Of a stretch of 64,000 nt of DNA, positions 10,347 to 21,754 are shown piece after piece. Each line of letters opens with the position of its first letter. Position 1 is the stretch's first letter. The stretch is from Cyanidioschyzon merolae. Its lineage: Eukaryota. The DNA lies in assembly GCA_000091205.1 (NCBI GenBank), contig AP006493.2; one strand, written 5' to 3'. Both the position numbers and the translations under genes were made by a program. The notes below the pieces were generated by a model that searched no databases, had not been told where the DNA came from, and was given only the letters and a program-made list of their open reading frames with translations.

Positions 10347-12920
10347 ATGCAAGAAACGTCCAGTGAAGACATCGGTGCCCTTGGAAAGCTACTGGAGAAC
10401 CCGAGCCCAGAGAGAGGCGGTGAAACAGGTGTCAGCGCTCTTGGGGCCAACGCGAAGCAGCACGTTTCCGTAGGCTCTACAGCGGAGTTTGACCGAGCGG
10501 GTACGAGCGCCAACAGTACACATGTATCGAAAGAAGAATCTTCAAGTCGAGTTTTAGGCGGATTTTTTGATATACACCAGAGAGAGCCACCACCCGTTTC
10601 GCGTTGGCCGTGGTCAGCGACACACGGGAGCGCAAGCGGTTCTCAGTCGACGTGCCCCGGCAGTGATGAAACCAAAAACGGGGGAGAAGTAGCGCGTGAC
10701 GCCAAAGAGGCCATGCAGTCGCGTACCTATACGTCTCTTGGTGGAGCTACTCGCGAGGTATTGCGTGGTTCTGGTTACGGGGCGCCTGTGAAGGACCCAC
10801 TGGCTCATGATGACAACGACAGAAGCAGCCAAGGCATTGGCTATGTAAGTAGCACGAAATGGAGAGGTTTATCAAATCAGGGTACACCTCTGTCAATGGA
10901 CTACGGTGCCAGGGAAACGAGCAGCGTGCAGCGCATCACGAGCGACCTCAAACACCTAGCATTGTCGGCACTGAATGGATCACCGCTTGGCTTTGCGGAT
11001 TCCCCGGAAGGCAACGCCATGTCCAGTATGGACGTGAGCGATCTGCTTTCAGTCTGCAAGCACGAGTCTTTCCAGCCGCGATCAATGGTCATCGAGCAGC
11101 AAGTCGCGCAAACGCCGCAGCGACGTGAGTCGGTGAGCTACCACATGGACCTCGCTGTGGATGAAAGCTCTGGTTTGCAACGTGACAGGTTCGTGCAGGC
11201 ACTGGGTTCGGGACACAGCACCGCACCGGGCAAGGAACTGGACCCTGTTGTGGTTCAAAGCTTCGGAGCGGAGCCAGGGACGCACGACGCCACCGAGCGA
11301 CTTGGGAAAGGCACTAGGTCCGAGCGCATTTCCACAGCTTTCGCAGAATCTTTGCCAATGCCCGCGTCTCGCCCAGAGACGGACACTCTCTTGCACCGGT
11401 ATGATCGTACTGATGAGAAGGCCGCCGATGCACGAGAATGGATCAGAGCAAACCGATCACCGATTACAGACCAGGGCTCGCTCTCAGTTTCTCAGTCTGT
11501 CTATCAGCATGGAAACATTCCCCGTGGTACGCGTTCAGAGGCGGCAGACGACGCTTTGAATGGGTCAGCAGCGACGCAACTGCGCAGCGATGCATTTCAC
11601 TCGAGTTCCCGTGTATGGGGATCTGCGCAACCCGAATATCCCGGTGTCGAGCAGCGTGTCCACGAGGTGGTCCATATATCCCGGCGACTTTCAGCGCTCG
11701 ACAAGACGCGCAGTACTTGGAGTGAAGAGACGTCCCGCGGTCCACGTGTGCCCGCCGGCGATCCCGATTCATTTCGTCAGGAGGCCGCGAGACTTGTTGA
11801 AAGAATTCGCCAGCTCGAAGGTGATTTACATCGTTCATCAAAGGAGCATCCGCGAGCAAATCCAGTGCGGGGCTCGGTCGCGCCTCCAGAGCGCCGCCGC
11901 TGCACCCCCGAAACGCTTCCCGTTGGAGCTATAGAGTCGAGAGCGCCTGATGTGCCAGCATCAAGTTCAGCGCATGTGGACGACGGTTTGGCCGTCGACC
12001 ACCGTAGCACCGGAGCAGAGCACGTCGCATCTGGTGGCGTCTTTCGGGAGACTGGAATCGGAGCCCGACGAGATCTTGATTCTACGGCACGTGAGCGTTT
12101 CCGAGAAACGCCTTCGCATGTACCTAATGCATTGCTCTCTGGGGAACGTCCACTGGACGAGCAGGGGCTGCTCGAAGCGCATGAGCTGCGGCGCTCACCG
12201 ACGCTGTCAACAGTAGATTCGACCCCAGTCAGCGTATCGCCGCTTCACACGCCGGTTGCGCGGCAAAGCTCCATAGAGCGCCGATCGCTAGCAGCCTCGG
12301 ACCATGCAAGTTGGTCGCAACCCGCACCTGACCACTCGGAACGGCACCATACACATGTTCAGACGAGTGGTCAAGAAGCTTTTAGCGAATTGCCACGAGC
12401 AACACTACGTCAACGGCTAGAAATCACCCTACGGCAACTTGGTGAACTGCAGGCTGTCGTAGACCAGCAGTTTGAAGTAATCGCTCGACTAGACGAAGAA
12501 AGGAGCGCCTTACAAGAGCGGCTCGCAGACACCACCGCGCCCTCAACGCCCATGCGTACGGCGAGTACGCAAACCGAATACTCCAAGCTCACAGCGTCAT
12601 CGGATGATGATGATGATGAACAACCACCAACAGCCGTGTACTGGCAACGCAAGTACGAGCAAGCCTGTCGCGAATACCGCTTCTATGCTTCCCAAAAATC
12701 ACAGGCGCTTCGTATTGCACAGCTCCGAAACGCGAAACTCGAACGCCTCGTCGAACGCCTCCAAAAGCAGCTTCACGAGGCCGAAGCCGACATCACCGTC
12801 GCCAGGGAACGCTTGACGAGGCTGCGACGAGAGCACCAGCGTTTGCGGACCTGGGTCCTGGAGAACGGCCTCACTTTGAGTCCCCTGCAAAAGCTAGAGC
12901 GTGAAAGCCCTAGTCCGTGA
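10347..12920 (+). CDS. Hypothetical low-complexity (Ser/Ala/Arg-rich) protein with a C-terminal coiled coil; the true start is uncertain
   Basis: This is an 857-aa uninterrupted ORF. Its C-terminus (RKYEQACREYRFYASQKSQALRIAQLRNAKLERLVERLQKQLHEAEADITVARERLTRLRREHQRLR) has heptad-like character. I recognise no catalytic motif. It contains a (GAT)n run encoding DDDDDE. Confidence 0.45.
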   Translation: MQETSSEDIGALGKLLENPSPERGGETGVSALGANAKQHVSVGSTAEFDRAGTSANSTHVSKEESSSRVLGGFFDIHQREPPPVSRWPWSATHGSASGSQSTCPGSDETKNGGEVARDAKEAMQSRTYTSLGGATREVLRGSGYGAPVKDPLAHDDNDRSSQGIGYVSSTKWRGLSNQGTPLSMDYGARETSSVQRITSDLKHLALSALNGSPLGFADSPEGNAMSSMDVSDLLSVCKHESFQPRSMVIEQQVAQTPQRRESVSYHMDLAVDESSGLQRDRFVQALGSGHSTAPGKELDPVVVQSFGAEPGTHDATERLGKGTRSERISTAFAESLPMPASRPETDTLLHRYDRTDEKAADAREWIRANRSPITDQGSLSVSQSVYQHGNIPRGTRSEAADDALNGSAATQLRSDAFHSSSRVWGSAQPEYPGVEQRVHEVVHISRRLSALDKTRSTWSEETSRGPRVPAGDPDSFRQEAARLVERIRQLEGDLHRSSKEHPRANPVRGSVAPPERRRCTPETLPVGAIESRAPDVPASSSAHVDDGLAVDHRSTGAEHVASGGVFRETGIGARRDLDSTARERFRETPSHVPNALLSGERPLDEQGLLEAHELRRSPTLSTVDSTPVSVSPLHTPVARQSSIERRSLAASDHASWSQPAPDHSERHHTHVQTSGQEAFSELPRATLRQRLEITLRQLGELQAVVDQQFEVIARLDEERSALQERLADTTAPSTPMRTASTQTEYSKLTASSDDDDDEQPPTAVYWQRKYEQACREYRFYASQKSQALRIAQLRNAKLERLVERLQKQLHEAEADITVARERLTRLRREHQRLRTWVLENGLTLSPLQKLERESPSP

Positions 12921-13885
12921 TCACCGAGCACACCTCCCGTCGTTGACAGTACCCGGACGCGGCCAGGTGCCGGCCGCAGCAACGAAGCCGCGTTCCGCAG
13001 CACTATGAGCGCAGTACAGCGCTCGCGATGGAGAACTGCCTCACCGTTTCATCCAGTATCGTAAATATCGCCGAGGGGAGTTTAAGCACCCCGGGGGCAC
13101 TCGAGCTCACTTGCCAACGCGCTCCGCTTCCAGTCGCCGGTCTCGCTCGTACAAGAGTCGATCCCAGCGATCCTGACCGACTCGTCGACGCTCACCGGTC
13201 GCAAGCCGGTGAAAAACACCTTGCAACAAACCCATGGACGCCACGGCAACGGTGACGATAACTAGAGAAGGCACGACTTCTGCCCACGCCATGCTTGCGA
13301 GTCGAATACGCCGTAACGTGCAGAGAGGCATCGGGCTCGCCTCGCCTCGCCTCGCTTTCATGGGTGGCGGCACACGCGTGAGCAATCGCGCACTCGTGCA
13401 AACACTCGCCGAATAGTCTTATTTCTGGACTTTATGGACAAGGATGCGGCGGGCGATGCGTCGATTGCGGAAGCGATCGACCGTTCTCGTGTATTGTTGA
13501 TGCCGGGGGCGCTGCTCGACACCTAGGTCCGTTCTTTGAACACGAATCCCAGGAGATTCTCGATGAAGCAATTGCTACTCGCTTCCAGGAGCGAATCCAG
13601 CATGCCACAAGATGCCTTCGCGTTCCACATCATATCCACCTCCAGTCATCCGCGCCCTCGGGGATTTGCGTCCGTTCACACACACACGATCCCTCCTATG
13701 CCTAGTACCTGGTGTGCGCGCCCTCTACGACGCTTTCCGCGCTTCTGCGGACGCAGTACCAATACAGAACAGCTTCCCGTACCTGGATTCATGTCCAAAC
13801 AAGAGATCATATGCGTTCCGTGCTGGAGCAACAGCAGCACGTGCCGTACACGCACACACGCACAGACGCACTAGTGCTGGGACAC

Positions 13886-14100
13886 GCACATTTTTTTAAC
13901 TGACAAGACGTATACTCAGGCCAGCGTTCTCCGTTATACGCTTTTTCTTTTGCACATTTTTTAACTGACAAGACGTATACTCAGGACAGCGTTCTCCGTT
14001 ATGCGCTTTTTCTTTTGCACATTTTTTTAATTGACAAGACGTATACTCAGGCCAGCGTTCTCCGTTATACGCTTTTTCTTTTCTTACTTTTGTTTTTCAG
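13886..14100 (+). repeat. Tandem triplication of an approximately 65-bp unit (gcacatttttttaactgacaagacgtatactcaggccagcgttctccgttatacgctttttcttttg), followed by a conserved pyrimidine-tract-CAG and TGCGCGTTGAAGTACCTCCATCC. It lies 270 bp upstream of TSG101.
   Basis: Three near-identical head-to-tail copies are read directly. The last copy plus its 3' extension is homologous to 57285-57392. Confidence 0.85.
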
Positions 14101-14373
14101 TGCGCGTTGAAGTACCTCCATCCATGGGACACGCACAGGCTGGCGCATCGCCCGCGCCAGCGCTCGCAGACACGCCGATCGCTCGCCACTCGACGGTGCA
14201 GATCGATGCCGCGGCACGCGCACAGCGCCATCCATGGAACGAACGCTGCGCACATTGCGCTAAGCAGCGCTGGTACAGGTGCGTCTCTCCGTGGTCGGCG
14301 AAACAGGTGCCCGCCAGGGACGGTGGCACTTAGACTTGCTGGGATCGATTAAGGGTGTATTTTGTAGCTACAT

Positions 14374-15513
14374 TTGGACTCGTCTGCACCGGAAGGGTGT
14401 CCAGGTAAACGGAAAAATATGCCAGGAGAAGCGACCTCTACAAGGCAACCTGGACGAGAGCTGCGAATGAATCACGTGAACAACTTGACAATGTACGAAC
14501 GCCGGAACTGGCCGCGGATAGTTCAGGACATTGAGGAAACGCTGCGTCAGTGTCCGTCTCTGCTTCCGGCTATCGCTGTGCGTCGCTTTGAGGACGGACG
14601 GGAACAGCGATTGGTGGTTTTGCGAGGGACGGTACCCATATTCTATCGTGGTGTCCAGTATAATATTCCGATGGACTTTTGGTTGCCGGCGGCGTATCCA
14701 GCAGAGCCACCTGTGCTCTATGTAGTTCCGACGAGGCACATGCAGATTGTGCCCATGCATCCGCACGTTGGTAGTACGGGTCGGGTGTACTTGCCTGGCC
14801 TAGTGACATGGAATGCGAGCGAAAGTCGCTTGCACTTTATTGTTGCGGAAGTGAGTTCAAACTTTAGTAGGCGTCCGCCGGTTTACTCCATTCATCCGCG
14901 CAACACGCATGCGACGCAACAGAGTCGTCCTGCGGGAACTGGCGAGGCAGCGACTCCTGGGCATGCTCCGACTGCTGCGACTGATGCAGCGACGGGGGCA
15001 ACACAGCATCCCGGCCGCACCGTCCTTCGTCAGCGAATACTCGAGCGAGCGCGACGGCGTTTCAGGGACGAATTCAGGCGAATAGCGGAGCTACAGCAAG
15101 CTTTAGAACAGGAGGTGGCAGCTGCGGCGCAACTTCACGACGACCAGGGAGCGATGAGAAGCACAACGCCCCCCGAAGATATGGCAATCATTCAGGAGCA
15201 TGCACGTGTATCCCAAGAGCTCCAGGCGGTTCGAGAAGAAGTCGAAGCGCAGGAGGAATGGATAGATGCTCACCGGGAATTAGAAAGCGACCCGGATCTC
15301 GAGACAATCCTTGCATCAACGGACGCTCACACCAATATGGTGACTGAGGCGCGAGCATCGGAACTCGCCATCCAAGATACACTGCAGCTTCTAGAAGATG
15401 CACTGCGCCGGGGGCAAATCGATATTGATAATTTTCTGCGACTCGTTCGGGAGCTTGCCTATCGACGCTTTTTCATCTGTCGTCATCTGCGAACGCTGGA
15501 TGGCAACACGTGA
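14374..15513 (+). CDS. TSG101: ESCRT-I subunit TSG101/Vps23 (UEV domain plus C-terminal steadiness box). Alternative starts are at 14419 and 14467.
   Basis: RGTVPIFYRGVQYNIPMDFWLPAAYPAEPPVLYVVPTRHMQIVPMHPHVGSTGRVYLPGLVTWNASESRLHFIVAEVSSNF matches the UEV domain. The C-terminal ALRRGQIDIDNFLRLVRELAYRRFFICRHLRTL matches the TSG101 steadiness box. Confidence 0.8.
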   Translation: MDSSAPEGCPGKRKNMPGEATSTRQPGRELRMNHVNNLTMYERRNWPRIVQDIEETLRQCPSLLPAIAVRRFEDGREQRLVVLRGTVPIFYRGVQYNIPMDFWLPAAYPAEPPVLYVVPTRHMQIVPMHPHVGSTGRVYLPGLVTWNASESRLHFIVAEVSSNFSRRPPVYSIHPRNTHATQQSRPAGTGEAATPGHAPTAATDAATGATQHPGRTVLRQRILERARRRFRDEFRRIAELQQALEQEVAAAAQLHDDQGAMRSTTPPEDMAIIQEHARVSQELQAVREEVEAQEEWIDAHRELESDPDLETILASTDAHTNMVTEARASELAIQDTLQLLEDALRRGQIDIDNFLRLVRELAYRRFFICRHLRTLDGNT

Positions 15514-15724
15514 TCCTCGTCGGTATCGGAGGCTGCACTGGAAACAGGTGGCTAGCCCCATCGATGCAGATCGCAACTTGCAGCGGTTCTTGTCGGGGAG
15601 AGTGTTCGCTCGGTGCAGGTGCCCCGATCAATGCACACCGCCAGTCACCCGGACGAAGGCCTGATACCACGACATGTATCCATGGTGCATCGCATTTGTA
15701 CCTGACGTGGACCGTCCTGCCGCC

Positions 15725-15852
15725 GTGGCGACATGAAAAGCATAACGGAGAAGGATGTCGTGCATGAACATCGCTGCAGCGGGTGACGATGTATCTATGG
15801 CAACATGAAAAGCATAACGGAGAAGGATGTCGTGCATGAACATCGCTGCAGC
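15725..15852. repeat. Tandem duplication with an approximately 72-bp period, 2 copies
   Basis: ggc(g/a)acatgaaaagcataacggagaaggatgtcgtgcatgaacatcgctgcagcgg occurs twice. It produces the duplicated MFMHDILLRYAFHVA in a spurious minus-strand ORF. Confidence 0.8.
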
Positions 15853-16850
15853 GGATAACGATTCGTTTGGCGCTCTGGGAAAGAGATCTCGCTCGCCGGT
15901 CGTTCGGGTTCAGAGAATGGACGGTACCCTCGTTCAGGGTCTTCCGTCCGATGCAAGTCGCTTCTGTGGCATCTTGTCGAAGCGCACTCGCAGCGTACCC
16001 GACGGAGGCGTCATTGGTCAACGGCAACAATGCGCACCACGCATTCGAGAACGTCAATGCATCGGGGTCCCGTACCAGCAGTATCTCAGCGCCGCAGACT
16101 GCCTGGGTACACTTTGTCGCTCCAGTGCCATGGATCTGCAGCACAATGACATTATCCGAGAGACAGGGCCGCTTCGTCTGCCTATCAAGGATCTGGATGC
16201 TGCCGTTTTCATGGTGAACACGATCGCATATTGTGATCTGTCACCGAAGCGGTAGTAGAGTCCAACGCCTCCAGCGCATGTTCGCCTGTGTGCGAGGTAA
16301 GCATCTCGATGCTGAGGACGCCACATATTGCGCTGGTGGTTATCATGCTTATGCATTGATGCACAGTAAACATTCTCTCTGTGAACTCGTGTACAATGAT
16401 GCGGTGATTGGCGTTTCCCCCATCTATCGAGTTAGTTAGCTGCACTGCGCTGTCCAGTGCACCACCATCCTCTCGGATCAACGCTTAGAGTCGTCTTTCG
16501 AAGGACACCGCTGCTCGCCCAACGGTCGGTTTTCAAGTCAACTTGCACAGAGTATTCACTTTAAACTGTTTGCATCAACCAGAGATGACGTTATGGGTAG
16601 CGCGCGACCGTGCCAATGCAACAGCAAGCGTCACCAGCGATGTGGCCTGCGCACCACTGCGTCCACAGAAGAGACGCAATCAACTGGTTTCGAAACGATC
16701 CAAACCGACTCGGTGCTGGAACGCATCGTCTTTACTTTGATCTGGATACCCCGACGACGAGAACGTATGTCTGTGCAGCATGGTACAGTGTTCGCCTACA
16801 ATTTCAAACCAGACGGTACAGTGAATGCTAGAGAATGATCGGACACCAGG

Positions 16851-17618
16851 AGTGTTTAAAAATAACGCAGAAGACTCGTTCTTGGTGTGTATGGACGGCT
16901 ATCCAGCATCTCTGGATCCCTCAGCCGCACCCTGCAAGTGCACTGCTTCAGGTGAGCAAGCCGTGGCCTCTCTCTCTGTCTCTCTGCTGGCCACTGAGCG
17001 ATTCCCCATCACAAGTCCGCAGCGATTCAGCATATCACGCCCGTACACGGCACTAAAGTACTCACTGAACGATTCGTTCGATGCATAACCGTTGCACGAT
17101 TTGGAATCAAACGACCCATTTCCGAATGTTGATCGAGGTGTTCTGATATCGGTGCAGAAACTGCCTGCGTGTATGGACGGTGGCGAGAATCACACGATAT
17201 CACGCCGATTCCTGTCGTTTTCCTCGTTATCCAGCGTTCGTTCACCTTACTCTACACCATCCCGTGCATTCAGCTCTATTTCACACGTTCATTCACTACC
17301 TACTTCAACGTGCACTTGTACTCATTCTGCGTCCATGTCGTCCTGAACACATCTACGCCCGTAAAGCAGCGTCGATACCAGCACTCTATGTGTGCCGAGG
17401 TCGAGGGCGCACGAGTGCAGCATTTGCGCACCACGGCGTGTCCAGCGTCATAGGATACCACCGGCAGACGACGCGATGTATCAGTCATTTCTTTTTGCGG
17501 CTCATTGAACAAGCTGGAGAGTCCCCAGCGCACGCTCATGGAAGCCTGCACAAAGTCGTCCGCTTGGTCCATATGGACGTTCATAGATACGCTCAGTGAA
17601 CGAGGCTCAGAACAAAGC
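16851..17618 (+). repeat. Copy A of a 768-bp dispersed repeat (solo-LTR-like, with TGTT...AACA termini). It is inverted relative to copy B at 42181-42945.
   Basis: It is the reverse complement of 42181-42945 at about 98% identity, shown by identical 139-aa, 94-aa, 84-aa and 87-aa ORF translations on opposite strands. I located the homology boundaries by direct comparison of the flanks. Confidence 0.9.
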
Positions 17619-20217
17619 ATGCGGCTCTGCTGGGCACTTTCCTGAGCGTGTCAAAATTGGTCCGAGCGCCATCATTCCCTTTTGTTGGTATGCTTCGTCG
17701 CGTCCATGATGTCTAGCGTTCGATAACCATGCCCCGGAAAAGTTGGGGAGCTTCACTTGCTTTCCGTTCAGGTTTTTGGCTCCATCCTCTCAGCTTCCAT
17801 GTGCAGAAACAGCTGCATTGTTCGCCAACCCATGATCTAGGCTCACCACGAAGTTTTGCTCTTCACATACTTGAGCATTGAACATGCATCTCGTCGCTCG
17901 ATGCAGACCAAGGTTTCAAAATAAGACATGCAGATTGACATTCCGTCGGTCTCCATTGTTCCTGAAAATTTATTTTTATTTCTTTCCTGTACATTAGAAA
18001 GCTTGAGCGAGCTCAACGGATACATTACGCAAAGCTTTTCGAATGCCTCCGGGTTGCTCGCGGTGACCAGCTTCTTCTTCACCTTCTCCGGTCCGTTGTG
18101 TGATGCAGTAGACGTGGTAACCATACATTATATCTATTTCCTATCATTCGGATTCAGATGAAGTGGGTAGACGGCGACACTGAATCTCGCCTCTTCTATT
18201 TATTTATTTACTATTTCTCATGTATCTTTTAGGCAGCTTTTCCGTACCGAGGCCGCCCACTGCGCGAATTGAAGGTTCCCGTTCCCTCCTGCGCACGAGC
18301 ACAAGAGCAGAAGAGCGAAAGCTCACTTCAGGGATGGTGGAGGTAGTAGAGGATGATTCGTCGATGAAAGCTGTCATAGATGCGAAGACTCATCCATCGA
18401 TACGTGAGCGTCGACAGGGCATTTCGCAACAGCGAAGAAGCCTCCCACAGGATTCATCCAGGGAGAATAGACTGGGATGAAGAGCAGCTCTATGCAAATT
18501 TCACTTGGTTATTCGTTAACCGCTTTTGAGTGATGGAGAGCGACATTATCCAAGAGCATGACAGAGGAGTGTGGGAAGAACAAGCCACGAAATGTGCTTC
18601 GACACCGAATGGAGGGTAGAACGATCCTGTCCGTTTGACGATTTGTAGGCGACCCCACATCAGCGTCGCATCTTAAATGGATATTGTCGGAATGTTCCAT
18701 TTTCTGTTCAAAAGAACCGGTACTTTATCCAGCTTCGGGTACCCGTGTACAGGTCCAATCTTTCTCCCGAATCAAGTTTCATCGAATGAGACGAATATCC
18801 GTCCCTATTGTAAGAAGAGATCGCGTTTTCGTGCAAAATCGATCGTTTGTTTTTCTTTTGCGAGCGACGCTTCCGTACAAAAGCGAGCTATCTTATTTTT
18901 CCATCAGTATCTCTTCATAAGCGTTCGTAGCGTCGGTGCGGAAAAGTTCAAATTCTGTGGCGTTGTTGGCAGTATTTCTTGGAGAACCTATTGAGTGGAA
19001 TGGATTGAATAACAGATGATGGTGTAGATGGAATTTCGTTAGTCCTGGTATGGACGCGCCCTATTCAGGATGAGGACTGCGAGAAGGAAAGCTCATCCAC
19101 ATACTGACTAACTGTAAAATGCCTGGTACCTATTAGGCCGTGTTCCGTAAGCTAGCAATAATATCATAACGTCTGTAAGCGAGTGTTCTCCAGCCTACTG
19201 GATAGATTCCAGTTTTCGAATACCTTCGAGAGAAACAAACAAAACATTCATTGCATGTTGCTCCATGTGTTTGAGAATTCACTGCACTGGGTACAGCGCA
19301 GATTGCGTTGTATGAGGAGCTCAGGAAACACAGTCGTATTCGAATTATGACTCGGAAACCGGCGTCTACCCCAGACCGGAAACGCCTTTCGCACGTGATC
19401 GAGACAGAGCTCCAAGCCAGTGCGCGTTCACTGGAAAGCCTGCTCCTCTTCCGCTTCCTTCGCTCCATGGAATCGTGCTCCCGTCAGCGCGAATACGCGT
19501 CCATCACGAGACTGTTACTCGCGACCCGGGTACCTAAAACGGCAACGTTTTGCACAACGGCCAGAAGGTTTTACGTCCAATACAAAACATGTACTGTTGC
19601 GGACCCGCAAGCTCCATCGCTGCTCTTTCGTTCATACTAGATTATCGGCACAGAGAAACCGCGGCAACCGGCATCCAAGCAATCTCCAAAACAATCGCGG
19701 ACCATGATCGTCTGCGGAGTGTGTCTAGAATCACATTCCTTTTGTGCAAGCCGGACTGCTTCGGTCATGATTTGTCAGTTGATCAATCGAATGATCTATC
19801 TGCTGTTTATCCTACTCGTTGCCCGTTTTGCAACGCTAATTGCACACTCACGTGACCAGAGCGGGAAAGCGGAACCAAATACCACTCCCATGACCCCAGA
19901 AGGCGACGCAAACGCTCGAACGCAATGCAACATACACAACTCTGCAACTTGTGAGACATACTCTACAGCGTCGCCTGCAGGAGTTGAAGAATACTCGATG
20001 TAGAGTGTAAAGGGTGCAGTTTGGTTCAAACCTGTTGACTGCACGCGCAAGGCAAATATCCCAGAGGCGATGGAGCGCAGTTTGCAGCTTCTTGGACGGT
20101 TTGCACTGCACAGAACGTGCAGTGTCCGCCAAGCAGGTTCAACAACGAAAACAAGCAACACCGCGAACTACTGACGAACGCTGCTGAAGCAAGCAAGTGT
20201 CGCCAAAGCAGTCAGAC

Positions 20218-20562
20218 TCAAGCGTCCATGGCAGCCGGCTGGTCACTACGCGTGAAGCCGTTCTGCGCCAACTCCGCTGCAAGCTTTGCAGCAAAGTCCT
20301 CGTCCTGATCGATCATTTCCCAGTCATCTTGCCATTCGAGTTCATCCTCTTCAACAGCAGCTAGATCTGGTTCCCAGTTGTGAAGTTCAAACTCATCAAA
20401 GTCGTCATCTTCTTCAAAAAAGTCCAAATCGTCCTCGAGTCGATCCGCCCTCTTTTGCTCGCCTTCCACCGCAGCAGGAGACCGCTTTCCCTGTTCTCCC
20501 CCTTGTCTCGCGCTCTGTGCGGCTTGCCCGTTGGTGTGGGTATTGTTCGGTTCCTCAGGCAT
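20218..20562 (-). CDS. SEM1: 26S proteasome complex subunit DSS1/Sem1; the start is placed at the internal Met of a longer ORF
   Basis: FEEDDDFDEFELHNWEPDLAAVEEDELEWQDDWEMIDQDEDFAAKLAAELAQNGF aligns with the DSS1 signature (EEDDEFEEF...W....W.DNWDDD..EDDF..QLR.ELEKHG). Confidence 0.65.
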   Translation of the reverse strand: MPEEPNNTHTNGQAAQSARQGGEQGKRSPAAVEGEQKRADRLEDDLDFFEEDDDFDEFELHNWEPDLAAVEEDELEWQDDWEMIDQDEDFAAKLAAELAQNGFTRSDQPAAMDA

Positions 20563-21754
20563 GAGGTTCTTTGGTTCACTAGTCACGACAGCAGTCGTAG
20601 CTACGTACTGGTGCAGCGCGCACAACAATGGTCGCGCCATGCTTACAGCGATACGCACTCCAGCTCTTGAACGTGTTTCACCGCTTCGACTCGTGTGATG
20701 CTCAGTGTTCGGCTCGTGTCCGTGATGGTGCAACAGCTAGACAACAAGGAGCAAGAAAATAACGCACGAGTGATTGTCCTGTGCTGAAACTGAGAAGTCT
20801 ATGGCTTCGGAAGCAATGCGCATGAGCGGCTTTGGAAACTGTTTTTCGGAGCGCAAGCACCTGGGGCCAGGTTGACTAGCAATGCAAGCGCCAGGGTTAC
20901 ATACCGTTGCTTGAACTGTATTGAGCTAGGGATGAAAAGGTAAACTGTGCTCTCGTCCTCTAGTTCTGGAGACCGTTTAGCAGGGAGCGCGGCAGGCCAG
21001 GTGGCAAGCGCCGCTCCTCACATCCGTACAGCGAGTCAGTTTGTTTTAGTGAACCTGCTTCGCTCCGCTCGGAAAGCTGCTCAGAGCGAACGAGCCTTGT
21101 ACTGGATTACACTGGAATATTTGCGTTTTCTCCTTGTTCCAAGGAGGTTCACAAGGCTACCACGCGAATAACTCGGATACCGTGAACCTGCACTGACTGG
21201 TTTCACTCTTGATGAGCCACGGATACCGAGGTTACGCCGGACTGAACACCCTCTTGGAGTACGAGAGAGATACTTGGAAAGCATCTGAGCGGACGTTTGA
21301 CTGAGCCTGCTACCGGTACACCACAGATGTCCATGACTGTGGGCCCGGAACAAGCGCGTATCCCGTGAACGAAAGCGTCATCGTAGCGCCTCGGCACGAC
21401 GATGAACTCCGATCAACATGGATACCCACATTGTGCTGAATCCGAGCCGACAATCTCTATAAACCCGGCACTTGGAAAGTGTTCGAGGATGCCATTCAAT
21501 ATAAACTTTTGGAATACGCTTGCTACCGATCGTCATGAACTAGATATTGCATGTCGTGTCGTATACGGCGGTACGCGAAGGACTGTTTGCTGGGGCAGCT
21601 CTCTAAATGAGACCAATGCTCGGTATCTTTAAACATTACGCGAATTTCTCTTGTGCATCATTCCCCAGGAAAGCCAGCAACATAGACGGGGACAGCGTAC
21701 TCCTCGCAGCAGCGCGCTCCCTGCGAGACTGTTCATGCTGCCGCCACCCCGCTG

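Noticed and set aside
15473-16144. A 223-aa minus-strand ORF downstream of TSG101
   Set aside because: It spans the 72-bp tandem duplication, which gives it a duplicated peptide. It has no recognisable motif and overlaps the 3' end of TSG101 on the opposite strand.
17180-17599. 139-aa ORFs conserved between the two repeat copies (also 42198-42617)
   Set aside because: Their identity follows directly from the approximately 98% DNA identity of the repeat. There is no protein motif, and a retained ORF in a young repeat is not evidence of coding.
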